The notes: generated by a model not told the origin, from the letters alone. Counted from the first letter of the stretch, positions 1-10,713 are shown. The stretch is 64,000 bases of DNA from an uncultured SAR86 cluster bacterium (GCA_902509965.1 CABWZP010000004.1:165-64164), one strand, 5' to 3'. Made by a program: numbers and translations.

Positions 1-1
1 T

Positions 2-1729
2 CGTTTATTTTTACAATTAATGATTGCTCACCATGATGGTGCTCTTGAAATGGTGAAAGAGCTCAAGAAATTTTCAGGCTCAGCTTATGACCCTATTCTA
101 AATGAATTTATTGCTGACTTGGTGAATGATCAAGGTGTAGAAATTGAGCGAATGAATATTATTGCTGTAGGTCTTTCGGATGATCCAAGGTCAGGTTTAA
201 CTGGTGGTTTATATTTTGCTGACGAAGCTATTATGAATATGGAATTAATAACTTCATTAAAAAAACCAACTGGTTTTTTTGATCCAAGTAATCCTGAAGG
301 ACGTGGCTCAAAAGATTTAACTAAAAATGAAGATGAAGATAAAGTTGTAACAACTGAAAAGGCTGCAAGGTCACTTCGATCCCCAATGTTAAGTTTTTCT
401 AATACTGATATGGCATTTAGAGATGATTTACTTGTCGCTGGAAGTTATCACGGATTTAATATGTACAAAATTGATAAAGATGGTATTCCAAATCTTCTAT
501 CATCAATAGTTTGTCCAGGTGGTCAGGGTGATGTTTCTATAGTTGGTGATCTGCTCATTATGTCTGTTGAACAACTTAGAGGAAGGCTTGATTGTGGTCG
601 TGAAGGTGTTGGCAGAGATGCAAGTCCAGAGCGTTTTAGGGGTATAAGAATTTTTGATATTTCTGATCTTTCTAGACCAAAACAAGTAGGTGCTGTCCAA
701 ACGTGTCGTGGCTCCCATACTCACTCAGTGGTATCCGGTCCATCTGAAGATGGAAAAATTATTGTTTATAACTCTGGGACGGCAAGTGTCAGAGATGAAG
801 AAGAATTAGAACAATGTATAGGAAATATTCCTGGTGATGAGAGAACAGCTCTGTTTAGAATAGATGTTATTGAAATTCCAATATCCGATCCTTCGAAATC
901 CAAAATAGTTTCTAGCCCTGCTGTATTTGCTGATCTTGAGACAGGTGCCTTAGCAGGACTATGGCGAGGTGGCGATCATGGTGATGAGACTCAAGATACC
1001 AGCCGAACTGATCAATGTCATGATATTACAGTCTTTCCTTCAGCAAATATAGCTGCTGGAGCCTGCTCAGGTAACGGTATCTTATTTGATATAACTGATC
1101 CATATAAGCCTACAAGATTGGATGTTGTTACTGATGAAGGTTTTGCGTATTGGCACTCTGCAACATTTAATAATGACGGAACAAAGGTAATATTCACTGA
1201 TGAATGGGGTGGCGGTGGACGAGCGCGTTGTCGAGCATGGGATCCTCTGAACTGGGGTGCAGATGCTATTTATGACATTGTTGATAATAAACTTGAATTT
1301 AGAAGCCACTACAAGATGCCTGCGCCTCAACTAGAAACAGAAAATTGTGTTGCTCATAATGGTTCTATTATTCCAGTACCGGGTCGTGATATTTTTGTTC
1401 AAGCTTGGTATCAAGGTGGAATCTCAATAATGGATTTTACTGATTCAGCAAACCCTAAAGAAATAGGTTATTTCGATAGAGGGCCTATTAATAAAGATAT
1501 GTTGATTACTGGTGGATATTGGTCTGCCTATTTTTATAAAGGGTATATTTATGGAACAGAGATTACTCGAGGTCTTGACGTTTTTAAACTAGTGCCTAGT
1601 GAATATCTCAGTGAGGATGAAATTGGCTTGGCTTCAGAGGCATTACCAGAAACAGGTCCCGAAGTATTTAATCCTCAACAACAAGTGCCTTTGATCTGGC
1701 CAAATAATTCTACAGATGCGTCACTTTGA
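2..1729 (+). CDS. DUF305-like / LVIVD-repeat beta-propeller protein (5' end outside window)
   Basis: The frame is open from base 2 (RLFLQLMIAHHDGALEMV, a DUF305-type HH.GA..M helix), so the ATG at 20 is internal. Downstream there are repeated strand motifs (DVSIVGDLLIMS, GIRIFDISD, RIDVIEIPISDP, GILFDITDP, GISIMDFTD, GLDVFKL) typical of LVIVD repeats. Confidence 0.6.
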   Translation, partial: RLFLQLMIAHHDGALEMVKELKKFSGSAYDPILNEFIADLVNDQGVEIERMNIIAVGLSDDPRSGLTGGLYFADEAIMNMELITSLKKPTGFFDPSNPEGRGSKDLTKNEDEDKVVTTEKAARSLRSPMLSFSNTDMAFRDDLLVAGSYHGFNMYKIDKDGIPNLLSSIVCPGGQGDVSIVGDLLIMSVEQLRGRLDCGREGVGRDASPERFRGIRIFDISDLSRPKQVGAVQTCRGSHTHSVVSGPSEDGKIIVYNSGTASVRDEEELEQCIGNIPGDERTALFRIDVIEIPISDPSKSKIVSSPAVFADLETGALAGLWRGGDHGDETQDTSRTDQCHDITVFPSANIAAGACSGNGILFDITDPYKPTRLDVVTDEGFAYWHSATFNNDGTKVIFTDEWGGGGRARCRAWDPLNWGADAIYDIVDNKLEFRSHYKMPAPQLETENCVAHNGSIIPVPGRDIFVQAWYQGGISIMDFTDSANPKEIGYFDRGPINKDMLITGGYWSAYFYKGYIYGTEITRGLDVFKLVPSEYLSEDEIGLASEALPETGPEVFNPQQQVPLIWPNNSTDASL

Positions 1730-1751
1730 ATGTATTTTTCAGCACTAAAAA

Positions 1752-2582
1752 ATGATAGCAGCATTTGATTTTGGTATAACCAATACAGATTTAGTTATAA
1801 AAGATCAAAGGATAAAGTTTTTAAGTGTACCTTCACCTTTTGACAGAAAAAATCGAGACTTTGATGTTACTGAAAGGCATGTAATAGAAATTTTAGAAAA
1901 GTTAGATATTAATATTAAAGAAATTTCTTCTATAGGTGTTACGGGTGGTAAATCTGCTGATCTACCAGATAGAATATGTGACGTACCTATTACTAAAGTT
2001 AATGAAATTGATGCAATTGGCAAGGGTGCAAGGTCTTTATATAAGATATCTAAAGAATCTTCACTTGTAGTTAGTTCAGGAACCGGAACGGCTTGTGTAC
2101 ATATTCAAAATACTGCAACAAATCACCTAGGAGGAATTTCTGTGGGTGGTGGGATGTTAGAAGGCTTATCAAATCTTCTCGTTAATATTCCTCATGGAGT
2201 TAAAATTAATAACTTTGCAGAGAAAGGAAACAGAAAGATCCTAGATGTAATGATTGGTGAAGCTGTTAATGAAATTGGAAATCTTAATGCAGAAATAACG
2301 GCAGCAAACTTTGCAAAAGCAAGAAATGAGCCTACTAATTCAATCGAAGATATTTCTGCATCTTTGTGCAATATGGTTGGTGAAGTTATTGGAACAGTTG
2401 CATATCTTAATGCATTACTTGTAGGCTCTAACAAAGCTTATTTTTTAGGGAGAACTAGTATGCTTAGTGAAGTTAAAAAAGGAATTGATGCTCGATTAGC
2501 ATTGGCAGGCATAGAGGGTATTTATGATGACAATAGAGCTTTTGGTAATGCTATAGGTGTTTTAGATACTATAGATATTTAA
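1752..2582 (+). CDS. type II pantothenate kinase-like (CoaW/Fumble family, ASKHA fold)
   Basis: Motifs FDFGITNTD, SSGTGTACVHI, LGGISVGGGMLEGLSNLL, ITAANFAK, VGEVIG and NRAFGNAIGVL parallel the staphylococcal type II PanK motifs as I recall them. Confidence 0.55.
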   Translation: MIAAFDFGITNTDLVIKDQRIKFLSVPSPFDRKNRDFDVTERHVIEILEKLDINIKEISSIGVTGGKSADLPDRICDVPITKVNEIDAIGKGARSLYKISKESSLVVSSGTGTACVHIQNTATNHLGGISVGGGMLEGLSNLLVNIPHGVKINNFAEKGNRKILDVMIGEAVNEIGNLNAEITAANFAKARNEPTNSIEDISASLCNMVGEVIGTVAYLNALLVGSNKAYFLGRTSMLSEVKKGIDARLALAGIEGIYDDNRAFGNAIGVLDTIDI

Positions 2583-2620
2583 ATGTCTTTTCCTCTATAA
2601 TATCTCGCAGGAAACTGAAA

Positions 2621-3874
2621 ATGATCATAACTGATAAATCTATAATTATTACACTGGCTGTGCCAGTATTCCTATTACTTATAGTAATAGAATATTTATA
2701 TGGTCTAAAAGTTGGTAAAAATAATTATAAGCTTAGTGATACATTTACAAGCCTTGGTTTAGGCTTAATGAGTAGATTTCCTCCAATGTTAAATATTGGG
2801 CTTCAAGGAGCGGCCTTTGTATATGTCGGTTCATATTTAAATCTTAAATTACTTCCACTTGATAGTCCTATTACCTGGATTGTAGGATTCTTATTGTATG
2901 ATCTTTCATACTATTGGATGCACAGAATGCATCACGAAATTAAAATCTTATGGGCTACACATAGTGTTCATCATCATGGAGAGGAATTTAATCTATCAAC
3001 TGCATTAAGGCAAACTAGTACTGGCTGGCTTTGGAAATGGATTTTCTATATCCCGATGATAATGCTCGGAGTTCCAGGAGAAGTATTTGTAACAGTTGCG
3101 GGAATCAATCTTGTCTATCAATTTTGGGTTCATACAAAACATATTGGCCATCTTGGAATATTAGAAAAGATATTTATAACTCCAATGAATCATGGAGTTC
3201 ATCATGCAAAAAATGCTGAATATATTGATGCTAATTATGGTGGCGTTTTTATCATTTGGGACAGAATGTTTGGGACTTACATTCCTGAGAGATCAGATAT
3301 AAAACCAGTATATGGAACTGTTAAACCCTTAAATAGCTGGAATCCGATTTGGGCAAACTTTCAAGTTTTCTATCAAATGGTTCAAGATACCATTCATACA
3401 AAAAAGCTCAGAGATAAAATTAAAATATGGTACGGATCTACTAGCTGGCGTCCTGCAGATGTTATCGAGAATAATCCAAATCAAGAAATGGAATCATTAA
3501 CTAAAAAATATAACCCTCCTCTAAACAGAGAGCAAAAAATATTTGGTGTTTTTCAAATTTTTTCCATAGTAATATTAGCAGCAACTGTAATTGTTACTGT
3601 TAGTAGTCAAACCTATCAAGAAACTTCAATCTTTGGATTAATATTTGTACTAACAATTATTTTGATTTCTTCAATCCTTCAAAATAAAGAAAACAGCTTT
3701 AACATTCAGCTATTTTTCTCCTCTGGACTGGTTTTACTAATTTTATCAGGAAGTGTTGTAAGCACTAGCTTGTTGGCTTCACAAGTTATTATTGTTCATG
3801 CATTAATAAATATTTTGTACATAGTAATAGGAATCCCTATTCAAAAATACTCATTAAGAGAATCTGTTAATTAG
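2621..3874 (+). CDS. fatty acid hydroxylase / sterol desaturase family membrane protein with extra C-terminal TM region
   Basis: Histidine boxes HRMHHE, HSVHHHGEE and HGVHHA. About 120 additional hydrophobic residues at the C-terminus. Confidence 0.75.
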   Translation: MIITDKSIIITLAVPVFLLLIVIEYLYGLKVGKNNYKLSDTFTSLGLGLMSRFPPMLNIGLQGAAFVYVGSYLNLKLLPLDSPITWIVGFLLYDLSYYWMHRMHHEIKILWATHSVHHHGEEFNLSTALRQTSTGWLWKWIFYIPMIMLGVPGEVFVTVAGINLVYQFWVHTKHIGHLGILEKIFITPMNHGVHHAKNAEYIDANYGGVFIIWDRMFGTYIPERSDIKPVYGTVKPLNSWNPIWANFQVFYQMVQDTIHTKKLRDKIKIWYGSTSWRPADVIENNPNQEMESLTKKYNPPLNREQKIFGVFQIFSIVILAATVIVTVSSQTYQETSIFGLIFVLTIILISSILQNKENSFNIQLFFSSGLVLLILSGSVVSTSLLASQVIIVHALINILYIVIGIPIQKYSLRESVN

Positions 3875-4601
3875 AGTTTCCTAGTTCTTTTGCTGGAATT
3901 CCAGCCACTGTAATTCCTGGCTTCACACTTTTTAAAACTAAACTTCCAGCAGCAACTGTAGAGCCTGCTCCGATTTCTATATTTCCTAAAATTGTACTTG
4001 AAGCATATATAGTCGCCCCTCTTTTAACATCAGGATGTCTTTTACCCGAATCGCTACCTGTTCCACCGAGTGTTACTCCTTGAAATATAGAAACCTCAGA
4101 TTCGATATTGCATGTCTGACCAATAACAATGCCTGTGGCATGATCCATCATTACTGCTCCAGCAATATTGGCAGCAGGATGAATATCAATACCAAATACT
4201 TCAGATGCTCTATTTTGGAAAAATAATGCCATTGTATGTCTCTCATTTTTCCAAAGGCAGTTTGCTGCTCTATAAGTAGCTAAACCAAGGAAGCCTTTAT
4301 AAAAAAGCAAAGGTGTTGATAAATAATCACAAGCTGGGTCATTTTCTTTAAAAAATGCTAAGTCTTCTTCTAGAGAAGTCTCTATATGATCACATTCTCT
4401 ATAAACTTCTAAAATAAATCTTTTTATATCGTTTGCTGAAAGAGCATCTGAGTGCAGTTTTGAAGATAAAATTGAAGCAACAGCAGCTAATAAATCAGTT
4501 TGTGATGATATTAATGAATGTAAGAAAGGACCAAGACTTGGCTCAGCATCTTCGCGCAATTTAATTTCCTTTTTAATTGTTTTCCAAAGTTCTCTATCCA
4601 T
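3867..4601 (-). CDS. cysE: serine O-acetyltransferase
   Basis: Hexapeptide-repeat core GIDIHPAANIAGAVMMDHATGIVIGQT and a typical SAT N-terminal helical domain. Confidence 0.85.
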   Translation of the reverse strand: MDRELWKTIKKEIKLREDAEPSLGPFLHSLISSQTDLLAAVASILSSKLHSDALSANDIKRFILEVYRECDHIETSLEEDLAFFKENDPACDYLSTPLLFYKGFLGLATYRAANCLWKNERHTMALFFQNRASEVFGIDIHPAANIAGAVMMDHATGIVIGQTCNIESEVSIFQGVTLGGTGSDSGKRHPDVKRGATIYASSTILGNIEIGAGSTVAAGSLVLKSVKPGITVAGIPAKELGNSN

Positions 4602-4676
4602 ATTTTGAGATTATAGACTAGATTAAGGCCCTCTATTTATATAAAATGCCAATCATTAATTTATAAGGACTATGAC

Positions 4677-6824
4677 ATGAGTAAGTTTTTTCTTTCTTTA
4701 CTTCTATTAACCCAGATTAATTTTCTTTTTGCAGATGAAGGGATGTGGGAACCATCTCAACTTCCAAATATTGAAAAAGATATTAGAGCTGCAGGATTTA
4801 AGGGCAATATCAAAAAGTTTAGTAACCTTTTTGAGCATCCTTTAAATGCCATAGTCAGTCTAGGAGGATGTTCAGCAGCTTTTATTTCTGATTCTGGACT
4901 TATTGCAACAAATTATCATTGTATAGAAGGTTCATATCTCCAGTTTAATGCCAGAAGACTTGAAGAAGATTTATTTAAAACGGGTTTTTTAGCTAAAAAT
5001 CTTGATGAAGAGGCTCAATCTGCACCTGGTGCAAGGGTTTATATTACCCAAGAAAGTACAAATGTAACTAAAGCAGTTCTAAAGGGAACTACTGAAGCAC
5101 AATCTGAAAATGAAAGATATAAAATAATTCAAACTAACAGAAAAAACTTAATAAAGAGTTGTGAAACTAGTGAAGAATTTCAATGTGAAGTTAGAAGTTT
5201 TTATAGCGGAGAAACCTACCAATTAATAAAAAAATTAATAATTAAAGATGTAAGACTTGTCTATGCTCCTCCTCAATCTATTGGTGAGTATGGAGGAGAG
5301 ATAGATAACTGGATGTATCCTCGTCATACTGGTGATTTTGCGCTCCTTAGGGCCTACGTTAGCCCTGCTAATGAGAGTAAGGAATTCTCTAAAGAGAATA
5401 TCCCATATAAATCTAAGAACTTTCTAAAAGTCTCTAAAGGCGGGATCAAAGAAAGTGACTTTGTTATGGTTGCTGGATATCCTGGAAGAACTAATAGACT
5501 ACTACCTTATCCAAAAATAAAATTTGATGTTCAATTTGGTTTCAAACATTATGTAGAATTCTTAAAGTCAGGTATAGATTTAATGAGAGATCTTACTAAA
5601 GATGATGAAGCTAAAGCTCTAAAATATAGAGGCAGTATAAGCGGATATGAGAATTACTATAAAAAAATATCAGGTCAAATTGAGGGAGCAGAAAACTTCA
5701 ATTTACTTGAACAAGAAGAGCAAAATTGGAATAAATTCCTAGATTTTCTAAATTCTAATGGATCTACTTCTGAAAAAAATGCTCTTGATGCCCTCTTAGA
5801 AATTTCAAATGAGCAAAATAGTGAAAGTATCAATAATATGTATTATGGAGGCTCTTCACTTATTGGAACTGCATCAACGATCTATAGACATGCATATGAA
5901 AAGACGAAGCCTAATGAAGATAGAGAACCTGGTTATCAAGAAAGAGATTATGAGAGATTAGTTAATGGGATGAGGGGTATGGAATATAGATTTGACGCAG
6001 AAGTCGATAAAGGTATCTTTTTATTCAGATTAGATAAATACAGAAATGTTAACAGCGAAGACAGGCGTAAAACATATAGTGAGTTATTAAAGCTAGATGG
6101 TCCCTTCGAAGAAACTGTTTCTGTGGTAGATGAAATGTATGCATATTCATCAGATCTTCTTGATATGTCAAAGAGAATTGAACTATTAGATGCCTCTATT
6201 GATGAGTTAAATGCGTCATCAGATCCATTTATTATGTTTGCTAGAAGTATGTTTAATGAAGGTATGGAGCGTGAGAAAAAAAATAAAGCTCGCTCAAGCT
6301 TACAGCAAAAAAATATATCTATTTTTATCAAATCTTTAAGAAGATTTTATAAATCTCAAGGTAAAGATATATATCCTGACGCAAATGGGACTTTACGAGT
6401 TACTTTTGGAAATGTAATGGGGGTTGAGCTTAACGATGGTGTCTATTACAGACCATTTACAACTCTTGAAGGTATTAGTCAAAAAAATACAGGTATAAGC
6501 CCATTTGAGGTAGATACCAAACAACTCAAATTAATTAATAATAAAGAATATGGTAGTTATGAATTTAGTGAAATTGGAAGTGTTCCAGTGAACTACATAT
6601 CAAATTTAGATATAACAAACGGTAATTCAGGATCATCAACTTTAAATGCTAAAGGAGAGTTTGTAGGATTAGCATTTGATGGAATGTTAGAAACTATAAT
6701 TTCTGATTATAAATTTATACCTCAAACAAGAACTATTCATGTAGATTCTAGATATCTCTTATGGACATTAGAAGTATTCGAAGAAGATACAAGGCTAATA
6801 AATGAAATGAAGATTGTCAGATAA
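4677..6824 (+). CDS. S46 family dipeptidyl-peptidase (DPP7/DPP11-like), secreted
   Basis: Signal peptide followed by DEGMW. A HC...catalytic His region and a C-terminal GNSGSS serine motif. Length is about 715 aa. Confidence 0.85.
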   Translation: MSKFFLSLLLLTQINFLFADEGMWEPSQLPNIEKDIRAAGFKGNIKKFSNLFEHPLNAIVSLGGCSAAFISDSGLIATNYHCIEGSYLQFNARRLEEDLFKTGFLAKNLDEEAQSAPGARVYITQESTNVTKAVLKGTTEAQSENERYKIIQTNRKNLIKSCETSEEFQCEVRSFYSGETYQLIKKLIIKDVRLVYAPPQSIGEYGGEIDNWMYPRHTGDFALLRAYVSPANESKEFSKENIPYKSKNFLKVSKGGIKESDFVMVAGYPGRTNRLLPYPKIKFDVQFGFKHYVEFLKSGIDLMRDLTKDDEAKALKYRGSISGYENYYKKISGQIEGAENFNLLEQEEQNWNKFLDFLNSNGSTSEKNALDALLEISNEQNSESINNMYYGGSSLIGTASTIYRHAYEKTKPNEDREPGYQERDYERLVNGMRGMEYRFDAEVDKGIFLFRLDKYRNVNSEDRRKTYSELLKLDGPFEETVSVVDEMYAYSSDLLDMSKRIELLDASIDELNASSDPFIMFARSMFNEGMEREKKNKARSSLQQKNISIFIKSLRRFYKSQGKDIYPDANGTLRVTFGNVMGVELNDGVYYRPFTTLEGISQKNTGISPFEVDTKQLKLINNKEYGSYEFSEIGSVPVNYISNLDITNGNSGSSTLNAKGEFVGLAFDGMLETIISDYKFIPQTRTIHVDSRYLLWTLEVFEEDTRLINEMKIVR

Positions 6825-6839
6825 TTAAAGATTTCAGAA

Positions 6840-6963
6840 AGGGCTCGAAGGTTACATTTTAGAGAAACTTTGCTTTGATTTCTTATAGGAGATTATCAAA
6901 GCACACTTTTAAGGTTCTATGTAGATAAGGGAAACTCAACACCTTAAACCATAACCTTCGAGT
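6840..6963 (-). ncRNA. candidate Fur-repressed small RNA (novel, unnamed)
   Basis: No ORF between the convergent gene ends. A minus-strand promoter with an overlapping Fur box lies immediately upstream. There is an 11-bp perfect closing helix (6844-6854/6952-6962) and a 9-bp hairpin (6871-6879/6895-6903) with a CU-rich anti-SD loop. The ends are approximate. Confidence 0.4.
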
Positions 6964-6965
6964 GC

Positions 6966-6998
6966 GTAAATGATAATCATTCTCATCTAAGAATACAA
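6966..6998 (-). promoter_or_regulatory. Fur box overlapping sigma70-like promoter (-35 TTGTAT 6998-6993, 17-nt spacer, -10 TATCAT 6975-6970)
   Basis: 6966-6984 matches GATAATGATAATCATTATC at 16/19 positions. The core TGATAAT-C-ATTCTCA (6971-6985) is a near-perfect 7-1-7 palindrome. Confidence 0.6.
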
Positions 6999-7002
6999 CC
7001 TT

Positions 7003-7035
7003 TTATCTTAAAAAAAGTGCATATTTTTAAGATAA
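7003..7035 (-). terminator. AT-rich hairpin downstream of katG (possible terminator)
   Basis: A 12-bp inverted repeat, ttatcttaaaaa / tttttaagataa, with a 9-nt loop, 14 nt past the katG stop. It is weak because it contains a single G:C pair. Confidence 0.35.
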
Positions 7036-7048
7036 ATTTAGTTAAGTA

Positions 7049-9208
<2,160 letters not shown>

Positions 9209-9282
9209 TTATGAAAAATATAGATGTAATGATTTTACAACAAATTAAAATTATTTTTTACAAAAAATTTATAAAAACTTTA

Positions 9283-9319
9283 TTGCTAATAAATATAAAC
9301 TAAATGATAATTATTTCAT
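9283..9319 (+). promoter_or_regulatory. putative promoter (-35 TTGCTA 9283-9288, -10 GATAAT 9306-9311) with Fur-family-like box 9305-9319
   Basis: In TGATAAT-T-ATTTCAT one half-site is perfect and the other is degenerate. The site overlaps the -10 element upstream of the small ORF-sodN-sodX unit. Confidence 0.3.
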
Positions 9320-9341
9320 TCATAAAATATAGGAAAATATC

Positions 9342-9527
9342 TTGAAAAAACTAACATCAATACTATTTTGCAGTTTTGCATCATTCAATTTAAGTGCTCA
9401 TGGAGAAGGAATATACAGTCTACATATTCATGGTGAATCTATTTTAGGTCTTGGATTAATCGCAGCTATGTTTCTAGTAGTACCATTGTATTTTTCAAAG
9501 AAATTACTTTTAACTAAGGAGAAATAA
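9342..9527 (+). CDS. small His-rich membrane-anchored protein (hypothetical)
   Basis: TTG start 8 nt after AGGA. Signal-like N-terminus ending in LSA, then HGEGIYSLHIHGES, one TM helix and a basic tail. It abuts sodN with a 1-nt gap, and the sodN SD lies inside its 3' end. Confidence 0.45.
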   Translation: MKKLTSILFCSFASFNLSAHGEGIYSLHIHGESILGLGLIAAMFLVVPLYFSKKLLLTKEK

Positions 9528-9528
9528 T

Positions 9529-9990
9529 ATGTTTAAAATTCAAAAAGTGAGTGCACATTGTGATATACCTTGTGGTGTGTATGACCCGGGTGCTGCTCAG
9601 TATGCTGTGTTAAGTGTTATTAGGTTTATTGATTTAATAAATGAAATGCCTGAATCATTAACTAGTAAGGATGATTTAGCTAAATTTACACGCTTAGTTC
9701 AACAAAAAGAGGAACACTCTGTGATTGCTAAAAATGAAGTTACGGTTATTTGGGGTGATTACTTTAAAGCTCCTCAAATTGAAAAATTTCCAGAAGTGCA
9801 TGAGTTGGTGCATGGGATTATGATGGATGGATCTAAATGTAAACAGGGCCTTCATAGAGAAGATGGTCTCAGTATGCTTTCTAAAATAAATGATTTTGCT
9901 GAAATGTTTTGGGCGACAAAAGAAGTTGAAACTGAAAAGAAAATTTCACCTTATGCTCCAAATTTAGAAATAGTAGTTCCGGTTTTATAA
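9529..9990 (+). CDS. sodN: nickel superoxide dismutase precursor
   Basis: Pro-peptide MFKIQKVSA followed by the Ni-hook HCDIPCGVYDP. AAGGAG SD upstream. Confidence 0.9.
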   Translation: MFKIQKVSAHCDIPCGVYDPGAAQYAVLSVIRFIDLINEMPESLTSKDDLAKFTRLVQQKEEHSVIAKNEVTVIWGDYFKAPQIEKFPEVHELVHGIMMDGSKCKQGLHREDGLSMLSKINDFAEMFWATKEVETEKKISPYAPNLEIVVPVL

Positions 9991-9994
9991 TCTG

Positions 9995-10264
9995 ATTAGA
10001 ATCTTCAAGGTTGTAGGGGTCAGCATGCTTCCTGCTTATAAACCAAATGATTATGTTGTTTGTTTAAAAACAAAAAAAATTAAAGCAAATGATGTAATCA
10101 TTATGCAAACTGATGATCTTGGAAAGGTAGTAAAAAGAGTCAAATCAATATCAGGTAATTCTTTAACAATATTAGGTGATAATAAATCTTATCATTCACC
10201 CATATATGATGCGACACATAAGCTGGATACAGTTATCGGAAAAGTTTTATTTAAATTATTTTAA
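9995..10264 (+). CDS. sodX: Ni-SOD maturation protease (S26 signal-peptidase-like); start codon uncertain
   Basis: VVGVSMLPAYKPNDYVVC (nucleophile Ser motif G.SM.P) and VVKRVKSISGNSLTILGDN (Lys motif). The Ser codon lies upstream of the first ATG (10025). The frame is open from 9977 and offers only CTG 9992, ATT 9995 and ATC 10001. Confidence 0.7.
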   Translation: MRIFKVVGVSMLPAYKPNDYVVCLKTKKIKANDVIIMQTDDLGKVVKRVKSISGNSLTILGDNKSYHSPIYDATHKLDTVIGKVLFKLF

Positions 10265-10666
10265 GAAATTTTTCATTGCTGCAAGCGTTTTTGATCCCAC
10301 ATGATGCTCAATCCCTTCACTGTCAATTTCAGCATTAGCTTTATCAACACCCAGCTTTGTTAAAAATGCTAGGACAATTAAGTGACGCTCTTTAACACGT
10401 TTTGCAAGTTTAGATCCCTTAGCTGTCAGTTCTACTGGCTTATAGGGCTTGGTATATAAAAGATCTTCATCTTGCAATCGTTTCACTATACGAGAAACGG
10501 TAACATGACTAACATTGAAGTATCTTGCTAGGTCTAGCACCCTGCACTCACCTTTTTCTTCAACTAATTCCATTACAGCCTCAACATAATCTTCAGCAGT
10601 TTCGCTGGCATGACGTGAACGCGTTTGTGAAAAGGGAACTGAACGAGCCTTAATCTTTTTTTTCAC
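10256..10666 (-). CDS. mntR: manganese-responsive DtxR-family repressor
   Basis: Close to E. coli MntR in layout: EDYVEAV, an HTH (VSHVTVSRIVKRL), ERHLIV and SEGIEHHV metal ligands, and no SH3 domain. Confidence 0.85.
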   Translation of the reverse strand: MKKKIKARSVPFSQTRSRHASETAEDYVEAVMELVEEKGECRVLDLARYFNVSHVTVSRIVKRLQDEDLLYTKPYKPVELTAKGSKLAKRVKERHLIVLAFLTKLGVDKANAEIDSEGIEHHVGSKTLAAMKNFLK

Positions 10667-10713
10667 TACTTTCCCGCCTTTTTTTTTAAATTAACTATAC
10701 ATAAATTATACCC

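Noticed and set aside
5948-6331. Antisense ORFs of 100-127 aa inside well-supported genes. This one lies in the S46 peptidase gene. Others are at 49146-49529 in purH, 37296-37613 in the DMGDH-like gene, 41891-42217 in rpoD and 44197-44508 in dnaG.
   Set aside because: They lie entirely within strongly supported genes on the opposite strand. Their composition is low-complexity and typical of reverse frames, they have no RBS, and no motifs are recognisable.
6844-6962. Reading the structured intergenic element as a plus-strand 3' UTR or terminator of the S46 peptidase, or as a small coding gene. The plus-strand loop contains AGGAG.
   Set aside because: No ATG, GTG or TTG lies at a sensible distance after the AGGAG, and the only ATG (6919) is followed immediately by TAG. 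No U-run follows any plus-strand hairpin. The Fur-box promoter faces the minus-strand direction. A peptidase 3' UTR role cannot be fully excluded.
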